Origin: Candidatus Brocadiia bacterium
GTDB lineage: Bacteria; Planctomycetota; Brocadiia; SM23-32
Assembly (NCBI GenBank): GCA_046538485.1
Contig: JBKHIT010000029.1
Span: 1-57,962, forward strand
Direction of reading: 5' to 3'
DNA length: 57,962 bases
The position numbers and the translations under genes were made by a program. This document shows, piece by piece, positions 30,324 to 41,099 of this stretch (position 1 is its first letter; each line of letters opens with the position of its first letter). Below the pieces are notes generated by a model. That model made no database searches. It had not been told where the DNA came from and saw only the letters and a list, made by a program, of their open reading frames with translations.

Positions 30324-30383
30324 TAATTTCTTAATTAAGAAATTACTCTAAATTCATCTTACCTAAGACTAATCCTATGTCAA
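30324..30383 (-). promoter_or_regulatory. Promoter TTGACA-N16-TAAGAT plus perfect 22-bp palindromic operator (30324-30345)
   Basis: TAATTTCTTAATTAAGAAATTA starts 10 nt downstream of the -10 box. Confidence 0.75.
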
Positions 30384-30581
30384 GCTTTCTTCGATCGCTG
30401 GCCTGTGCGAAAAGAATGAGCGCGGTCCTTTTTTTCACCGGTTGACGCCTGCCCATGGAATCGCGTATAACTAACTTGGGCTTACGGACCTTATCGTCCG
30501 CTGCCCGGAAGACCTTAACCTGCCTGAAATGATCAAACGCCCCTCGAACGAGAGGATTGTTTCTCTCCCGGGAGTCACAAT

Positions 30582-31838
30582 ATGAGCGAAAGAGGAAAAG
30601 TTGTTCTGGCTTATTCGGGCGGACTGGACACCTCGGTAGCGGTCCGCTGGATTCAGGAGACCTATGACCTTGATGTTGTCACGCTGACGATTGACATGGG
30701 CACCCAGAAAGACCTTGAAGAGGCGCGTCAGCGTGCCCTGCAGGTCGGCGCTGTGGACGCACTCGTGGTCGATGCTGCCGAAGTGTTTGTCGAATATTTT
30801 GTCTGGCCAGCCCTCCAGGCCGGAGCAGTTTACGAAGGGGAATATCCCCTTGCAACCGCACTCGGACGGCCTTTAATCGCCAAGCTACTGGTCGACACGG
30901 CACGACAACACGACGCCGAAGCGATCGCCCACGGATGCACGGGCAAGGGAAACGACCAGGTTCGTTTCGATGTCGCCACCCGGACCCTCGCCCCGGATTT
31001 GCGTGTGATTGCCCCAGCCAGGGAATGGGGTATGACCCGGGAAGAAGAAATTAATTATGCTCGGGAAAGGGACATTAAGGTGGAAGTGACAAAGAAAAGT
31101 CCGTATTCCACGGACGAAAACATCTGGGGGCGCAGCATCGAGTGCGGCGAGCTTGAGGATCCGTGGGTGGAGCCCCCGGAAGATGCTTACAGCTGGACAT
31201 GTAATCCCGCCGATACCCCTGCGAAACCGCGCAACGTAGAAATCGAATTTGAACAGGGTGTACCGGTTGCGATCGATGGAGAAACGATGAGCGGAAAAAC
31301 CCTTATCGAGAAACTGAATCGGATAGCCGGCGAACATGGGGTTGGCCGGATCGATCACGTGGAGAATCGGCTCGTCGGAATCAAAAGCCGGGAGATCTAC
31401 GAAGCCCCCGCCGCCATCGTCCTGCATAAAGCTCATCGCGCCCTCGAAAGCATCGCCCTCACGCGCCCCGCTTTACGATTTAAAGAATCCGTATCCCAAC
31501 AGTATGCCGATATTGTCTACGACGGACTGTGGTTCAGCGCGTTCCATCAGGACCTGCTGGCCTACGTGCTGTCGAGTCAGCGGGCCGTTTCCGGGACCGT
31601 GCGCCTGAGACTTTACCGGGGACAGGCAACAAAAGTGGGACTCAAGAGCCCCTTCTCCCTCTACAGCAAAGCCCTCGCCACCTATGACGAAGGCGATCAG
31701 TTCGCGCACGATGCGGCCGTCGGATTCATCGAACTCCACGGGTTGCCAACCCGCGTTCAAGCACGAGCGCAAATGTCCGCCCTCTCCCCCGAAGAAGTTC
31801 GGGCCCGGATTATGCCACCGGAAATCGAACCGAAATAA
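30582..31838 (+). CDS. argG: Argininosuccinate synthase
   Basis: VLAYSGGLDTS, HGCTGKGNDQVRF, VENRLVGIKSREIYEAP. Confidence 0.98.
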   Translation: MSERGKVVLAYSGGLDTSVAVRWIQETYDLDVVTLTIDMGTQKDLEEARQRALQVGAVDALVVDAAEVFVEYFVWPALQAGAVYEGEYPLATALGRPLIAKLLVDTARQHDAEAIAHGCTGKGNDQVRFDVATRTLAPDLRVIAPAREWGMTREEEINYARERDIKVEVTKKSPYSTDENIWGRSIECGELEDPWVEPPEDAYSWTCNPADTPAKPRNVEIEFEQGVPVAIDGETMSGKTLIEKLNRIAGEHGVGRIDHVENRLVGIKSREIYEAPAAIVLHKAHRALESIALTRPALRFKESVSQQYADIVYDGLWFSAFHQDLLAYVLSSQRAVSGTVRLRLYRGQATKVGLKSPFSLYSKALATYDEGDQFAHDAAVGFIELHGLPTRVQARAQMSALSPEEVRARIMPPEIEPK

Positions 31839-31887
31839 CTCTCTGGCACAATAACCCCTCACAGGCACCAGGAAACGGCCGGAAAAC

Positions 31888-31947
31888 TTGACAAAGCATA
31901 ACTTTCCTCTATAATAAATTAGTAGTAATTTTGTCTATGTAAAATTA
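31888..31947 (+). promoter_or_regulatory. Promoter TTGACA-N16-TATAAT plus operator TAATTT-N10-AAATTA (31926-31947)
   Basis: Consensus hexamers; operator 10 nt downstream of the -10 box. Confidence 0.8.
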
Positions 31948-32001
31948 AACCCGGAATCGTGGTTGGGGCTTTCGGTCAAACTCTCCTGGAGGACCTGGAA
32001 A

Positions 32002-32556
32002 ATGAGACCCTCAGATTCCCAAAAAATACCGGGGGTCACCCTCACTGAGCTGCCCTTCGACAGGCTCAGAACAATGAGGAAGCGTGAAGACGCAGGTTTC
32101 ACGCTTATCGAATTGCTGGTGGTCATCGCAATCATCGCCATCCTGGCCGCTATGCTCATGCCCGCGCTGGAAAACGCACGAGAGCAAGCACGCCGAATCA
32201 AATGTATCGGCCAGCTCCGACAAATGACACAGGGAACAATAATGTTCGCCCTCGATCATGACGATCAGACGCCCGGGCGGAATGGACGCTGGAAAGGCCG
32301 CTGGAATACCGCCGTCGCGAGCGTGCCCAGTATGAATTCGCTCTGGGACGAGGACTACGGGTATCTTGCCGATCGCGAAATGATGCGGTGCCCCAGCCGG
32401 GACACCGCGCGATACACAAATGATAACCGCTACCTCGGCCTCTGCGACCTTCATACCTGCGCCGGACATTACTGGCGGCGCGCTGACAGCACCTGGTACT
32501 ATTTCAAAGACGCCTCCGCCGAAAGCGCCCTGCGCGGCACCGCTATTCCGGATTGA
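32002..32556 (+). pseudogene. Prepilin-like gene with cassette; short, lacks the H-X9-DG C-terminus
   Basis: [36 protein letters not shown]; stops at TGA without the N..ADG motif. Confidence 0.6.
32053..32115 (+). mobile_element. 63-bp in-frame prepilin-motif cassette, copy 3
   Basis: 1 mismatch to consensus. Confidence 0.65.
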
Positions 32557-32642
32557 TACGCCGAAAATTACGGGGGGACCGGTCGTGATTGTCTTCTGAA
32601 AATAGAACTGTCCGTGCTCCTTTCGCGAATGAGGATCAGAAC

Positions 32643-35600
32643 GTGAGAAGTCTCTTCAGCTCTTTCATGACAGCTGTCCAGACCTTTTCGAAAACCACCC
32701 CGCTCGCAAAATCTTCCCTCCTTCCTATCCTTGTCGTCGCAATCGCCCTCCTGCTCTCGGGCGCGGTCCTCGGCGGAGGCGGAATGGGACACAACAAGGA
32801 ACTCTACGTCGTCCCGGCCCCCGAGACGGTAGAAATCGACGGCTCGCTCAAAGACTGGGATTTCTCCGGACACGTCCCCTTATACGTCGCCCCACAGACG
32901 CGCGAAACGCGCAGCGCCGACATCGCCATGATGTACGACGATAAAGCACTGTATATCGGCGGGAGAGTCCGGGACAATTCCCCGATGATGAACCGGCACG
33001 ATCCCCTCACAAAACCATCCCGCGCGTGGGATGCGGATGTCTGCCAGATTTTTTTCAGCCTGGATCCGGACGAGAAGCAGCCGCTTAAATACAGCAGTTT
33101 CAAAAAAGAGCATAAACACACCTCGCCGGTCGCCACGATGATGCTCTGGTATTTCACCGACCGCAAACAGCCCTCCCTGGCGATGTTCCAGGGGATGGGT
33201 TTTGGCAAAGCGCTCCGGCCCGATTTGCATAAAAACGGCCACATTCCCTCCAAACATTTCGATGCAGCTTTCAAAAAGGGCCAGGATGGCCTGAGTTATA
33301 CTTTCGAATATCGTATCCCCTGGAAAACCTTCCAGATGAAACGAATCCCGAAAGCAAAAGACACCCTTGCCGCAGCCATGGCCGTTTTCTGGAGCCGCCC
33401 GGACGGACTGAAGACCGCCGGCGGTTCGGCCTGGGCATGGAACGTAATGTCAAAAGGCGGATTCCCGTACCAATCCACCGCATGCTGGGGCACGCTCCGG
33501 TTCCACCCCGAAGGAAATATCCCCCGCGAATGGGTCGAAGGCGACATCCCTCCGGAACAACCACTCCCACTGACTTTCAAATACGAGCTGCCTCGGGAAG
33601 GTGAGACGACCATTCAGCTTTTCGATGAGAATAATGAATCCGTCCGCATCCTCGTCGCCCAGGAGTATCGCCCGGGAGGTATCAATACCGAAAGCTGGGA
33701 CGGTCTGGATAAGGATGGCAAACCGCTCCCGGCCGGGAAATACGCCTGGCGGGGCGTCGTACACGACAAAATCAAAATGAAATACCGTTTCAGCGTGCAC
33801 AATTCCGGCAATCCCCCCTATCCCACCGACGACAACACGGGAGGATGGGGCGCCGACCACGGACGGCCAACCACCGCTCTCGCGCTGGAAGACGGTATGA
33901 TACTGGCCTGGAGCAGCGCCGAATACGGCTGGGGCATCATCCGGGTCGACCTTGACGGTCAAAAAAAATGGGGTTCCAAGCGAACCGCCCAATATCTCGC
34001 CACCGACGGTGAACGGCTCTTCACGGCGGGCGGACACGGATGGTCCGGCGGAAGCGCCGTTAAAGTGATAAGCGCCGAAAACTCGCGCACGCTCAATTTC
34101 CAACCCGGACAGGAGACGCTTCCCCCACCAAAAGGTGAAGGCGAGAACAAAGTCACCGGACTCGCATGCAACGGGGAACGCATCTACGCCTCCTATGGCA
34201 AACGGAACCTGATTGGCGTGTACGATCTTAAAGGAAACCTGATCGACCAGTGGAAAGTGTCGTCCCCCGGACGCCTCGCCATCCGCCCGGATGGCAGCCT
34301 GGCCGCTTACAGCGGACAGCGCGTCGTGGCCGTTGACGACGGGAAGGTAAGTCCGCTGATCGACCGGAAACTCGAGGCCCCCCGCGGGATCGCGGTTGAC
34401 AGGGATGGCACAATTTACGTCGCTCAGGCGGGTAACCTCCAGCAGGTTCGTGCTTTCAGCCCGAGCGGAAAACTGCTCCGGAGCATTGGTAAAAAGGGCG
34501 GACGTCCCGCTAAAGGCAAGTTCAACCCCAAGGGCATGTACCAGCCGGGCGGTATCGACATTGATGTGCGCAACCGGCTGTGGGTGGCTGAAACCGCCGG
34601 CGGTCCCAAACGCATCAGCGTGTGGGACGGGGGCACCGGGAAATACCTGGATCAATACTTCGGTTCCTCCGGCTACTTTGCCTACGGGCACATCGATCCG
34701 GCCCGACCGGACGAAATCTACGCCAACCACGTGTTGTGGGGCATCAACTGGGACAACTACGAAACTCACCCGAAAACGACCGTCTGGCGCAAGACCAGCC
34801 CCAACATGATGCCACCGGTCAGTCCCAGCGCCTACATCAGTCACCCCCGCATGATCACCGCGGATGACGGGCATCAATACATGTATGGACGCAATCTGCC
34901 CATGAGCATTGTGCTGCGGCGCGACGGCGAGCTGTTCAAACCCTTTGTGGCCACCATCGAGGTGGGCCATGGCGGACGGTTCTCCACCGGATTGCCGCTG
35001 ATCGACGAGAATCCGGACCGGTTCCCCAATGCCACCTATCTGTGGCAGGATGCCAATAACGATCAGTGCGTGCAGGCGGAAGAGCTGGAAAAATTGCCCG
35101 GTAAACGCCGTTTCCGCAAAATTCGGCTTTCGATTGATAAACAGCAAAATCTCTATATGAACAAGGGCTACAAACTTGAGCCGGTCAAGATCACCGATAA
35201 GGGCCAGCCGGTGTATGATTTTGAGCAAGCCGAAAAAATTCCCGTCGGTCACGCCCCCTATTCCGACGGCTACGTCTACCCCGGTTACGGCGCGGGCACC
35301 ATTGCGCGAATTGACCCGGCCAACGGCGACAAACTCTGGCGCTATACCGGAATCACGCGATGGAAAAGCGCGCTCGAAATGGGAACTGTGGGTCCCGGTA
35401 AACTCTGGGGAACCACGGGCCTGATGGGCGTGGCCGGTAATTACGTCGCCTACATGACATATTTCGGTGTCAACCACGTCTTTCTGGCCGACGAGGGGAC
35501 GTATCTCGCCGCGCTGCTCCAGGACGGCCGCACGACGACGGGCCGCGGCCCCTACGAGGGTCAGCCCGAAGGTCAGGGCGGCAGTTTCGTCAAGCTGAAC

Positions 35601-36446
35601 ATCGACGGCAAGGATCGTTACTTCGTGATCCACGGCGGGCAGGACTCGCGCGTGTGGGAGGTACTCGGTCTGGATAGCGTTCAAAAACTCAGAGGTGGTA
35701 CCTACACGCACAAGCCCGAACAGGTGGCAACCGCCCGCAAAGCGCTGGAAAAATGGGAAGCCGCGAAGGCGGGCAAAACACAGATGGTCATCCACAAAGG
35801 ACGCAACGCACTGGATGAAGCTGAGGCCGTCACCGGCAGCGTGGATGACAATCGCCAGTTCGAGGCCAGAATGGCCTACGACGAGGACAATCTCTACGTT
35901 CGTTTCGATGTGAACACAAAGAATGCATTGACAAACTCCATGCCGGAGAAAAACATTCTGTTCCGGGGCGGCAATTGCCTGGATATTCAGATCGCCACTG
36001 ACCCCGAGGCCAACCCGGACCGCGAGGAACCCGCTCCCGGCGACCTCCGGCTGCTGGTGACGCGCCAGGACGGCAAACCCTTCGCCGTCATGTATCGACC
36101 GGAGGTGAAAGGATTTAACGGTGAACCGATCGTGCTGGACTCCCCGACCGGGCAGGAATCCTTTGATTCCGTCGAGGTGGTCAAAAACGTCGGGCTGGAT
36201 TATTCCAGAACGGACGATGGTTTCACCGCCACGGTGACCGTACCGCTGGATCTGATTGGCTTGAAACTCCAGCCAGGCGCCACCGTCACGATGGATCTGG
36301 GCTATGTCTTCGGCAATTCGAAAGGCAGTCGGGCATCAGCGCGGGCTTACCTCAACAACAACAGCTTCAGCGCCAACGTGACCGACGATATCCCGAACGA
36401 AAGCCGACTTGAGCCGGACCAATGGGCGACGGCGACGGTAAAATAG
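32643..36446 (+). CDS. Large secreted protein: CBM9/DOMON-like + FlgD-Ig + NHL/beta-propeller + C-terminal CBM9-like
   Basis: Signal peptide; [52 protein letters not shown] repeats; MAYDEDNLY; start uncertain (32589/32643/32667). Confidence 0.75.
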   Translation: MRSLFSSFMTAVQTFSKTTPLAKSSLLPILVVAIALLLSGAVLGGGGMGHNKELYVVPAPETVEIDGSLKDWDFSGHVPLYVAPQTRETRSADIAMMYDDKALYIGGRVRDNSPMMNRHDPLTKPSRAWDADVCQIFFSLDPDEKQPLKYSSFKKEHKHTSPVATMMLWYFTDRKQPSLAMFQGMGFGKALRPDLHKNGHIPSKHFDAAFKKGQDGLSYTFEYRIPWKTFQMKRIPKAKDTLAAAMAVFWSRPDGLKTAGGSAWAWNVMSKGGFPYQSTACWGTLRFHPEGNIPREWVEGDIPPEQPLPLTFKYELPREGETTIQLFDENNESVRILVAQEYRPGGINTESWDGLDKDGKPLPAGKYAWRGVVHDKIKMKYRFSVHNSGNPPYPTDDNTGGWGADHGRPTTALALEDGMILAWSSAEYGWGIIRVDLDGQKKWGSKRTAQYLATDGERLFTAGGHGWSGGSAVKVISAENSRTLNFQPGQETLPPPKGEGENKVTGLACNGERIYASYGKRNLIGVYDLKGNLIDQWKVSSPGRLAIRPDGSLAAYSGQRVVAVDDGKVSPLIDRKLEAPRGIAVDRDGTIYVAQAGNLQQVRAFSPSGKLLRSIGKKGGRPAKGKFNPKGMYQPGGIDIDVRNRLWVAETAGGPKRISVWDGGTGKYLDQYFGSSGYFAYGHIDPARPDEIYANHVLWGINWDNYETHPKTTVWRKTSPNMMPPVSPSAYISHPRMITADDGHQYMYGRNLPMSIVLRRDGELFKPFVATIEVGHGGRFSTGLPLIDENPDRFPNATYLWQDANNDQCVQAEELEKLPGKRRFRKIRLSIDKQQNLYMNKGYKLEPVKITDKGQPVYDFEQAEKIPVGHAPYSDGYVYPGYGAGTIARIDPANGDKLWRYTGITRWKSALEMGTVGPGKLWGTTGLMGVAGNYVAYMTYFGVNHVFLADEGTYLAALLQDGRTTTGRGPYEGQPEGQGGSFVKLNIDGKDRYFVIHGGQDSRVWEVLGLDSVQKLRGGTYTHKPEQVATARKALEKWEAAKAGKTQMVIHKGRNALDEAEAVTGSVDDNRQFEARMAYDEDNLYVRFDVNTKNALTNSMPEKNILFRGGNCLDIQIATDPEANPDREEPAPGDLRLLVTRQDGKPFAVMYRPEVKGFNGEPIVLDSPTGQESFDSVEVVKNVGLDYSRTDDGFTATVTVPLDLIGLKLQPGATVTMDLGYVFGNSKGSRASARAYLNNNSFSANVTDDIPNESRLEPDQWATATVK

Positions 36447-36480
36447 CGGCAAGGATACCCGTTTGAAAGGGGAGATTGTA

Positions 36481-37191
36481 ATGCTTCGCAACAGATACAT
36501 TGAAATGCCCGTAAGACCAAAACGTCGAAACTGCAATCGGGCCCGAAAAATCCGTCGTTGTTCGGGGGTAGCCCCCGCGTTCACACTCATCGAGCTGCCC
36601 TTCGACGGGCTCAGGACAATGAGGAAGCGTGAAGACGCAGGTTTCACGCTTATCGAATTGCTGGTGGTCATCGCGATTATTGCGATCCTGGCCGCGATGT
36701 TGATGCCGGCTCTGGAGAAAGCGCGGGAGGCGGCTTATGCGGCTCAGTGCTCGTCCAATTTCCACGAGATTCTGCTGGGGGTTCATTTGCACGCCAATGA
36801 CAACAATGAGATTTTGCCGAACCTCAACGGTGGTCCGGGCTATGACGGTTCGTATTCGACAATGGGATCGGCCAACGTAAATTCGCATTCAGATTGGTCC
36901 GTCATTCAGCAAAGCGACCATGCACAGTGGGCCAGTCAATATCTGGGACAACCCTGGCGATATGAGGCTTCCACAAAGCGTGTGCTGTGGTTATCGAACT
37001 CCGCATTCGCCGACCCGGCTGCTAAACTCAAATCCGAAATGTTTGTTAATCCGTTGCCTCCACCGGCGCGGGCCCATTGGTTTATGGGCCGCGTTCTGAA
37101 CTCCAGCCTCCGGCTGAAGTCCAGTCCGCTCGCGGGGATTGAGACTCGAGTTCAGCTGAGCCCGCTACTGAGCGGGCGAAACTGGACTTGA
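36481..37191 (+). pseudogene. Prepilin-like gene with cassette, truncated; the ORF runs into repeats A/B
   Basis: Similar to 45475-46572 up to [10 protein letters not shown] (~36985), then unrelated; last codons are repeat A/B DNA. Confidence 0.75.
36598..36660 (+). mobile_element. 63-bp in-frame prepilin-motif cassette, copy 4
   Basis: 1 mismatch to consensus. Confidence 0.65.
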
Positions 37192-37194
37192 GGC
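37089..37194 (-). repeat. Composite repeat B+A (minus orientation)
   Basis: A at 37089-37131, B at 37142-37194. Confidence 0.85.
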
Positions 37195-37297
37195 GGACGA
37201 ACGTTGGGAGATGCGAAGTAGCTGTAGGTCCGCATCGCCGGAGGCGGCCCGGCGTACCGAAGAAAGGTCAACGTGGTTCGCCGAATAATTACTCACA

Positions 37298-37365
37298 ATG
37301 TCCGACCAGTGCTACTGTACCGGAAGATGTCTGTATGTTCCTTGTACAAAAGCAGTTAAAGCCAA
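37298..37365 (+). repeat. 68-bp conserved non-coding element, copy 2
   Basis: 60/68 identical to 17744-17811. Confidence 0.8.
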
Positions 37366-37401
37366 AAGATTCTACCCTGATTTGGCAAGAGAGATTCTGG
37401 G

Positions 37402-40400
37402 ATGAAACCTGAACGCCGGACATACAACCGTTCCCCGCGCGATCCCCTTTTGAACAAGTGGCTGATCGGGGTATTAATCATCGCGGCCGGACTGATTGGA
37501 TGCGTCCTGTACTTTCAAAAAAACAAGAATGAAAAGCTGACCGCTTCCGCCGAACAACCGAAAACTGTCGAAAAACAACAAGCCGGCACCGGCCGCGTTA
37601 AGACGGAAAAAGAACGGACCATTCCAGAACACGGAATAACTTTCACCTACGAGCTTGAAGAACCGGGACAGGTCTCCGCCGGCGTATACAACCACCATGG
37701 CGTGCTCGTGCGAACCCTCCTGAGGGCCCAGCCCCAGGATCCGGGAAAGCACATCCTCCACTGGGATGGTCTTGACCGTCTGGGAAAACCACAACCCCCG
37801 GGCAAGTACACAATTAAACTGCTGCGCAAGCCGCCCTTCAAAAAAGAATTTATTATGCAGGTCGGCGTCAACCCCAGTTCCAAACCCTACCACCGGTGGG
37901 TTGGGGATTTTGGGGGCGGCACGAGCGTCGCCGTCGATGACTCCGGCATGTACATCTCCAGCCGAAACGCGGAAGGCAATTTCATGCTGCTCAAGCAGTC
38001 GGTCGACGGCACCGAGCGCATGTGGGAGCGGGGCGATGTGGATCCGTGGCGCGGCGGTCTGTCGCTGGCCACCGACGGGAAAACCGTGTACGTCCTCCAG
38101 CAGAACGCGTTCATCACCCTCTTCGATGCAGCCACCGGGCAGCACAACGGCCGGTGGGACGTCTTGCCCAAAAACCACAAAGACCGAAACCTCAAAGGCC
38201 GCAAGCGTCGCAAGGTCAAGTACACCGACCACAAACCTATCGCCGCTCTGGACCTGGCCGTGCGAGGCGCTCACCGTGTTCTGACGGACGAAAAGGCGAA
38301 CGCCATCAAGTGGCTTGCGGAGGACGGCTCAGTCGCATCCCGCGCGGAGGTGGATTCACCCCGCGGCGTAGCCATCTCGCCAAATGGAACCGTCTACGCC
38401 ATCTCCGGCGATAAGGTTCTGTCCGTTACTCGACAGGGCAAAACCAGGACCGTCGTCCACGATCTCAAAAACCCCTGGCGGTTGACCTTCGATACGACCA
38501 ACGACGATCTGCTTGTCGTCGAAGGGCGGGACGAATGGCGCGTTAAACGCTTCGATTTGACGGGTGCTCTCAAACAAACCTGCGGCCGAAAAGGCGGACG
38601 CCTCCAGGGTCCCTATAATCCGCGTGATTTCAGAGGGGTTAAGGACATCACGAGCGACGGCAAGGGCGGGTTTTTCGTGGCTGAGCCGCAGATCGCTCCC
38701 CGCCGGATCGCCCACCTGAACATCGAGGGTAAATTGATCCGCGAGTGGTACGGCGGCCTCACGTTCTTCGCTCCACGATCGATCGACCCACGGGATCCCA
38801 CGCAGGTGTGGTATCGGACAGGAGGCGGCTGGGTCCTGGCCAATGTGGATTACGAAAACCAAACCTGGTCCGTGCTGGAAACGCACAGGTTCGGAGACAA
38901 AGCGGGCGGCCTGGGGCGCGATCTCGGGAACCGCCGGCGGTTTGTCGTGCGGTACCATAAGGGAAAACGGTACCTGATCGGCGAATCATTTCCTCCCATG
39001 GTCTTCCGCCATCGTAACGGACACCTGGTCCCGCTGGTAATGGGTAATCGGCGGCACAAGTTTCCGCAGCACAAAACGGTCGCCCGGCTGATGACCCAAT
39101 CGGACAACCCGGAAACGATAAAGACCTGGATCAGGAAACACCTGGGCAAAAAACGCCGTAAGAAGAACACATATTTCTGGACCGACGGAAACGGCGACCA
39201 CGAACCCCAGCCCGATGAGATCACACTGCGCAAATTGGGGAACGTCTACCACGGTCCCGGGATCGGAGCATACATCGCCAACGATTTCTCGGTCATCTGT
39301 CGCGGTGGCGACTACAACCCTCGACGCGGGGAAGAGGGTGAAACGAAGTTTTACACCAGCATCGCCCGCCTCGCGCCCACCGGATGGAGCGGCGGAGTGC
39401 CGCAGTACAATCTGCCCGAACGCGCCGCAGAACTCGATGTAGCCCCCATCTACGTGGAGCCCCAAACCGACGCCTACATCGGCCGGGCCGGCGTCCGCCA
39501 TACCTTCCAGGGCCGCAGCGGCGCCTTCTATGCGTTCTACCACTGGGGCGACCGTGGATTCGGCGGTTTTCCCAATTATCAGGCCGGCCGCTACGCGCGG
39601 CTGACCAAGTGGAGCACGGACGGCCAGCGAGAATGGTCGGTCGGACGGAAGGCTTCCGGAGCCAATAAAGCTGCAATCTACTGGAAACCGACCCGACCGG
39701 GTTCCATCCATTATCCCACCCTCATTGCGGGCGAGGTCCGCGGCACCGTGGTCGTCTGTGACCGCATTGTCAATCCCGGCATGGCATGGACCAAAGACGG
39801 GCTTTTCGCGGGGGCGTTCTTCCCAGGACGGATCGACGATGGACTTCCGGGATGGGTCTACGTTTGGCAGCGAGATATGGAAACGAATACCCACTCGCTG
39901 GTCAATCACGATTCCCTCGAAGGCGGTGCGGTCACCGAATATAAAAACAAAGTCTATTACTATTCGCCCGGCTGCAACTCTCTGGTCCTCTACCAAATTC
40001 ATGGCTACGATCGGGATGAATGGAGGCGTATCAGAGGAAACGTCCGTATCGATAAAATCATGCCGCACGCGCAGCAAAAAGGGACCGGACTGCGCGCCGA
40101 AATCTACAGCGGCACGGACGTCTCCGGTCCGCCGGATGCAACCATAGCGGCCGTTCCCCCGGAGAACCTTAAAATCCCATCATCGGTCGAGACGGCTGAA
40201 GGTGTTGCAATGCGACTGACGGGGATGATCGAAACCCCGCTCTCGGAAAAGTTCAAAATCACCGTCGGGAGCGGAGGCGTACGCCTGTGGATCAATGGCC
40301 GACAGGTGCTCGAACGATGGAATGAAGACCAGCGCTATGGGGCTGGAGGCACTACAAAACCCATCGCACTCCGGGCCGGAGAGCGGGTCCCGATCCAGAT

Positions 40401-40959
40401 CGATTTCTATACAAGCAACCCGGACCGGCTGCAAAATGCCGACAAGAGGTCGATTCCCCTCCGCTGGGAGTCGAAAAATACGGATCCTCACTACATCCCC
40501 GCCCGGTTTCTCTATCCCGCAGAGCTGAAAGCCATCGGGAAGGTTGAACCGAGGCCCGCAACCGAGCAAATTCATGCCCGCTCCCATGACCATACAATCA
40601 GTTCCGATGCCGAAAATCTGTATTTCGACAATTTCCACTGTCGGCACCACATACGAGGCCTTGAAAACGGGAAATATCTGGGGTACCGAAAAATCGATTT
40701 CGGAGAGGGGGTCGACAAATTTATAATCAACCTGCGCAAAGGTAACGCCGCCCCGGTCAAAATCGAGCTGCGACTCGTCGCTCCGGATGGCCCGGTGATG
40801 GAGACCATAACGCTCCCTGAAATCGGTTTCGACTACCGGAAAGATAAGAGCCTGACGTTTGACCTGAACGCCCCACAAATCCGGGGCGTGCATGACCTCT
40901 ATCTGATCGCCGCGGCCGGACGACACGGCCCCAGAATGCGGTGGTTTTCGTTCGAATGA
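37402..40959 (+). CDS. Membrane-anchored/secreted protein: FlgD-Ig + beta-propeller + PA14 + CBM6-like (1185 aa)
   Basis: N-terminal TM helix; YELEEPGQVS..VRTL..WDGLDRLG..PGKY; GTGLRAEIY..GVRLWING (PA14); NGKYLGYRKIDFG..GVHDLYL (CBM6). Confidence 0.75.
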   Translation: MKPERRTYNRSPRDPLLNKWLIGVLIIAAGLIGCVLYFQKNKNEKLTASAEQPKTVEKQQAGTGRVKTEKERTIPEHGITFTYELEEPGQVSAGVYNHHGVLVRTLLRAQPQDPGKHILHWDGLDRLGKPQPPGKYTIKLLRKPPFKKEFIMQVGVNPSSKPYHRWVGDFGGGTSVAVDDSGMYISSRNAEGNFMLLKQSVDGTERMWERGDVDPWRGGLSLATDGKTVYVLQQNAFITLFDAATGQHNGRWDVLPKNHKDRNLKGRKRRKVKYTDHKPIAALDLAVRGAHRVLTDEKANAIKWLAEDGSVASRAEVDSPRGVAISPNGTVYAISGDKVLSVTRQGKTRTVVHDLKNPWRLTFDTTNDDLLVVEGRDEWRVKRFDLTGALKQTCGRKGGRLQGPYNPRDFRGVKDITSDGKGGFFVAEPQIAPRRIAHLNIEGKLIREWYGGLTFFAPRSIDPRDPTQVWYRTGGGWVLANVDYENQTWSVLETHRFGDKAGGLGRDLGNRRRFVVRYHKGKRYLIGESFPPMVFRHRNGHLVPLVMGNRRHKFPQHKTVARLMTQSDNPETIKTWIRKHLGKKRRKKNTYFWTDGNGDHEPQPDEITLRKLGNVYHGPGIGAYIANDFSVICRGGDYNPRRGEEGETKFYTSIARLAPTGWSGGVPQYNLPERAAELDVAPIYVEPQTDAYIGRAGVRHTFQGRSGAFYAFYHWGDRGFGGFPNYQAGRYARLTKWSTDGQREWSVGRKASGANKAAIYWKPTRPGSIHYPTLIAGEVRGTVVVCDRIVNPGMAWTKDGLFAGAFFPGRIDDGLPGWVYVWQRDMETNTHSLVNHDSLEGGAVTEYKNKVYYYSPGCNSLVLYQIHGYDRDEWRRIRGNVRIDKIMPHAQQKGTGLRAEIYSGTDVSGPPDATIAAVPPENLKIPSSVETAEGVAMRLTGMIETPLSEKFKITVGSGGVRLWINGRQVLERWNEDQRYGAGGTTKPIALRAGERVPIQIDFYTSNPDRLQNADKRSIPLRWESKNTDPHYIPARFLYPAELKAIGKVEPRPATEQIHARSHDHTISSDAENLYFDNFHCRHHIRGLENGKYLGYRKIDFGEGVDKFIINLRKGNAAPVKIELRLVAPDGPVMETITLPEIGFDYRKDKSLTFDLNAPQIRGVHDLYLIAAAGRHGPRMRWFSFE

Positions 40960-41099
40960 TCGGCGCGGTCATACCCGTTTAGCCTGAGAATCGCGCTCCA
41001 TCGGTCATTGCTAAAAAATTACTTACGATGAGCGAAACAATCTCAGGTGGGCAAATACGGGACGATGGAATTTCACACCCAAAAAAAGGAAGGAACTTG

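Noticed and set aside
32074..32076. Internal ATG of the cassette (MRKREDAG) as the true start codon
   Set aside because: The AGGA in most copies is only 2 nt from the ATG and is mutated in this copy, while upstream starts have good RBSs; not excluded but unsupported.
33450..35795. Long antisense ORFs (also 15765-17420, 41130-42350, 42588-44648, 47861-49066, 51326-52693)
   Set aside because: Shadow frames of well-supported genes in GC-rich DNA; no recognisable motifs.
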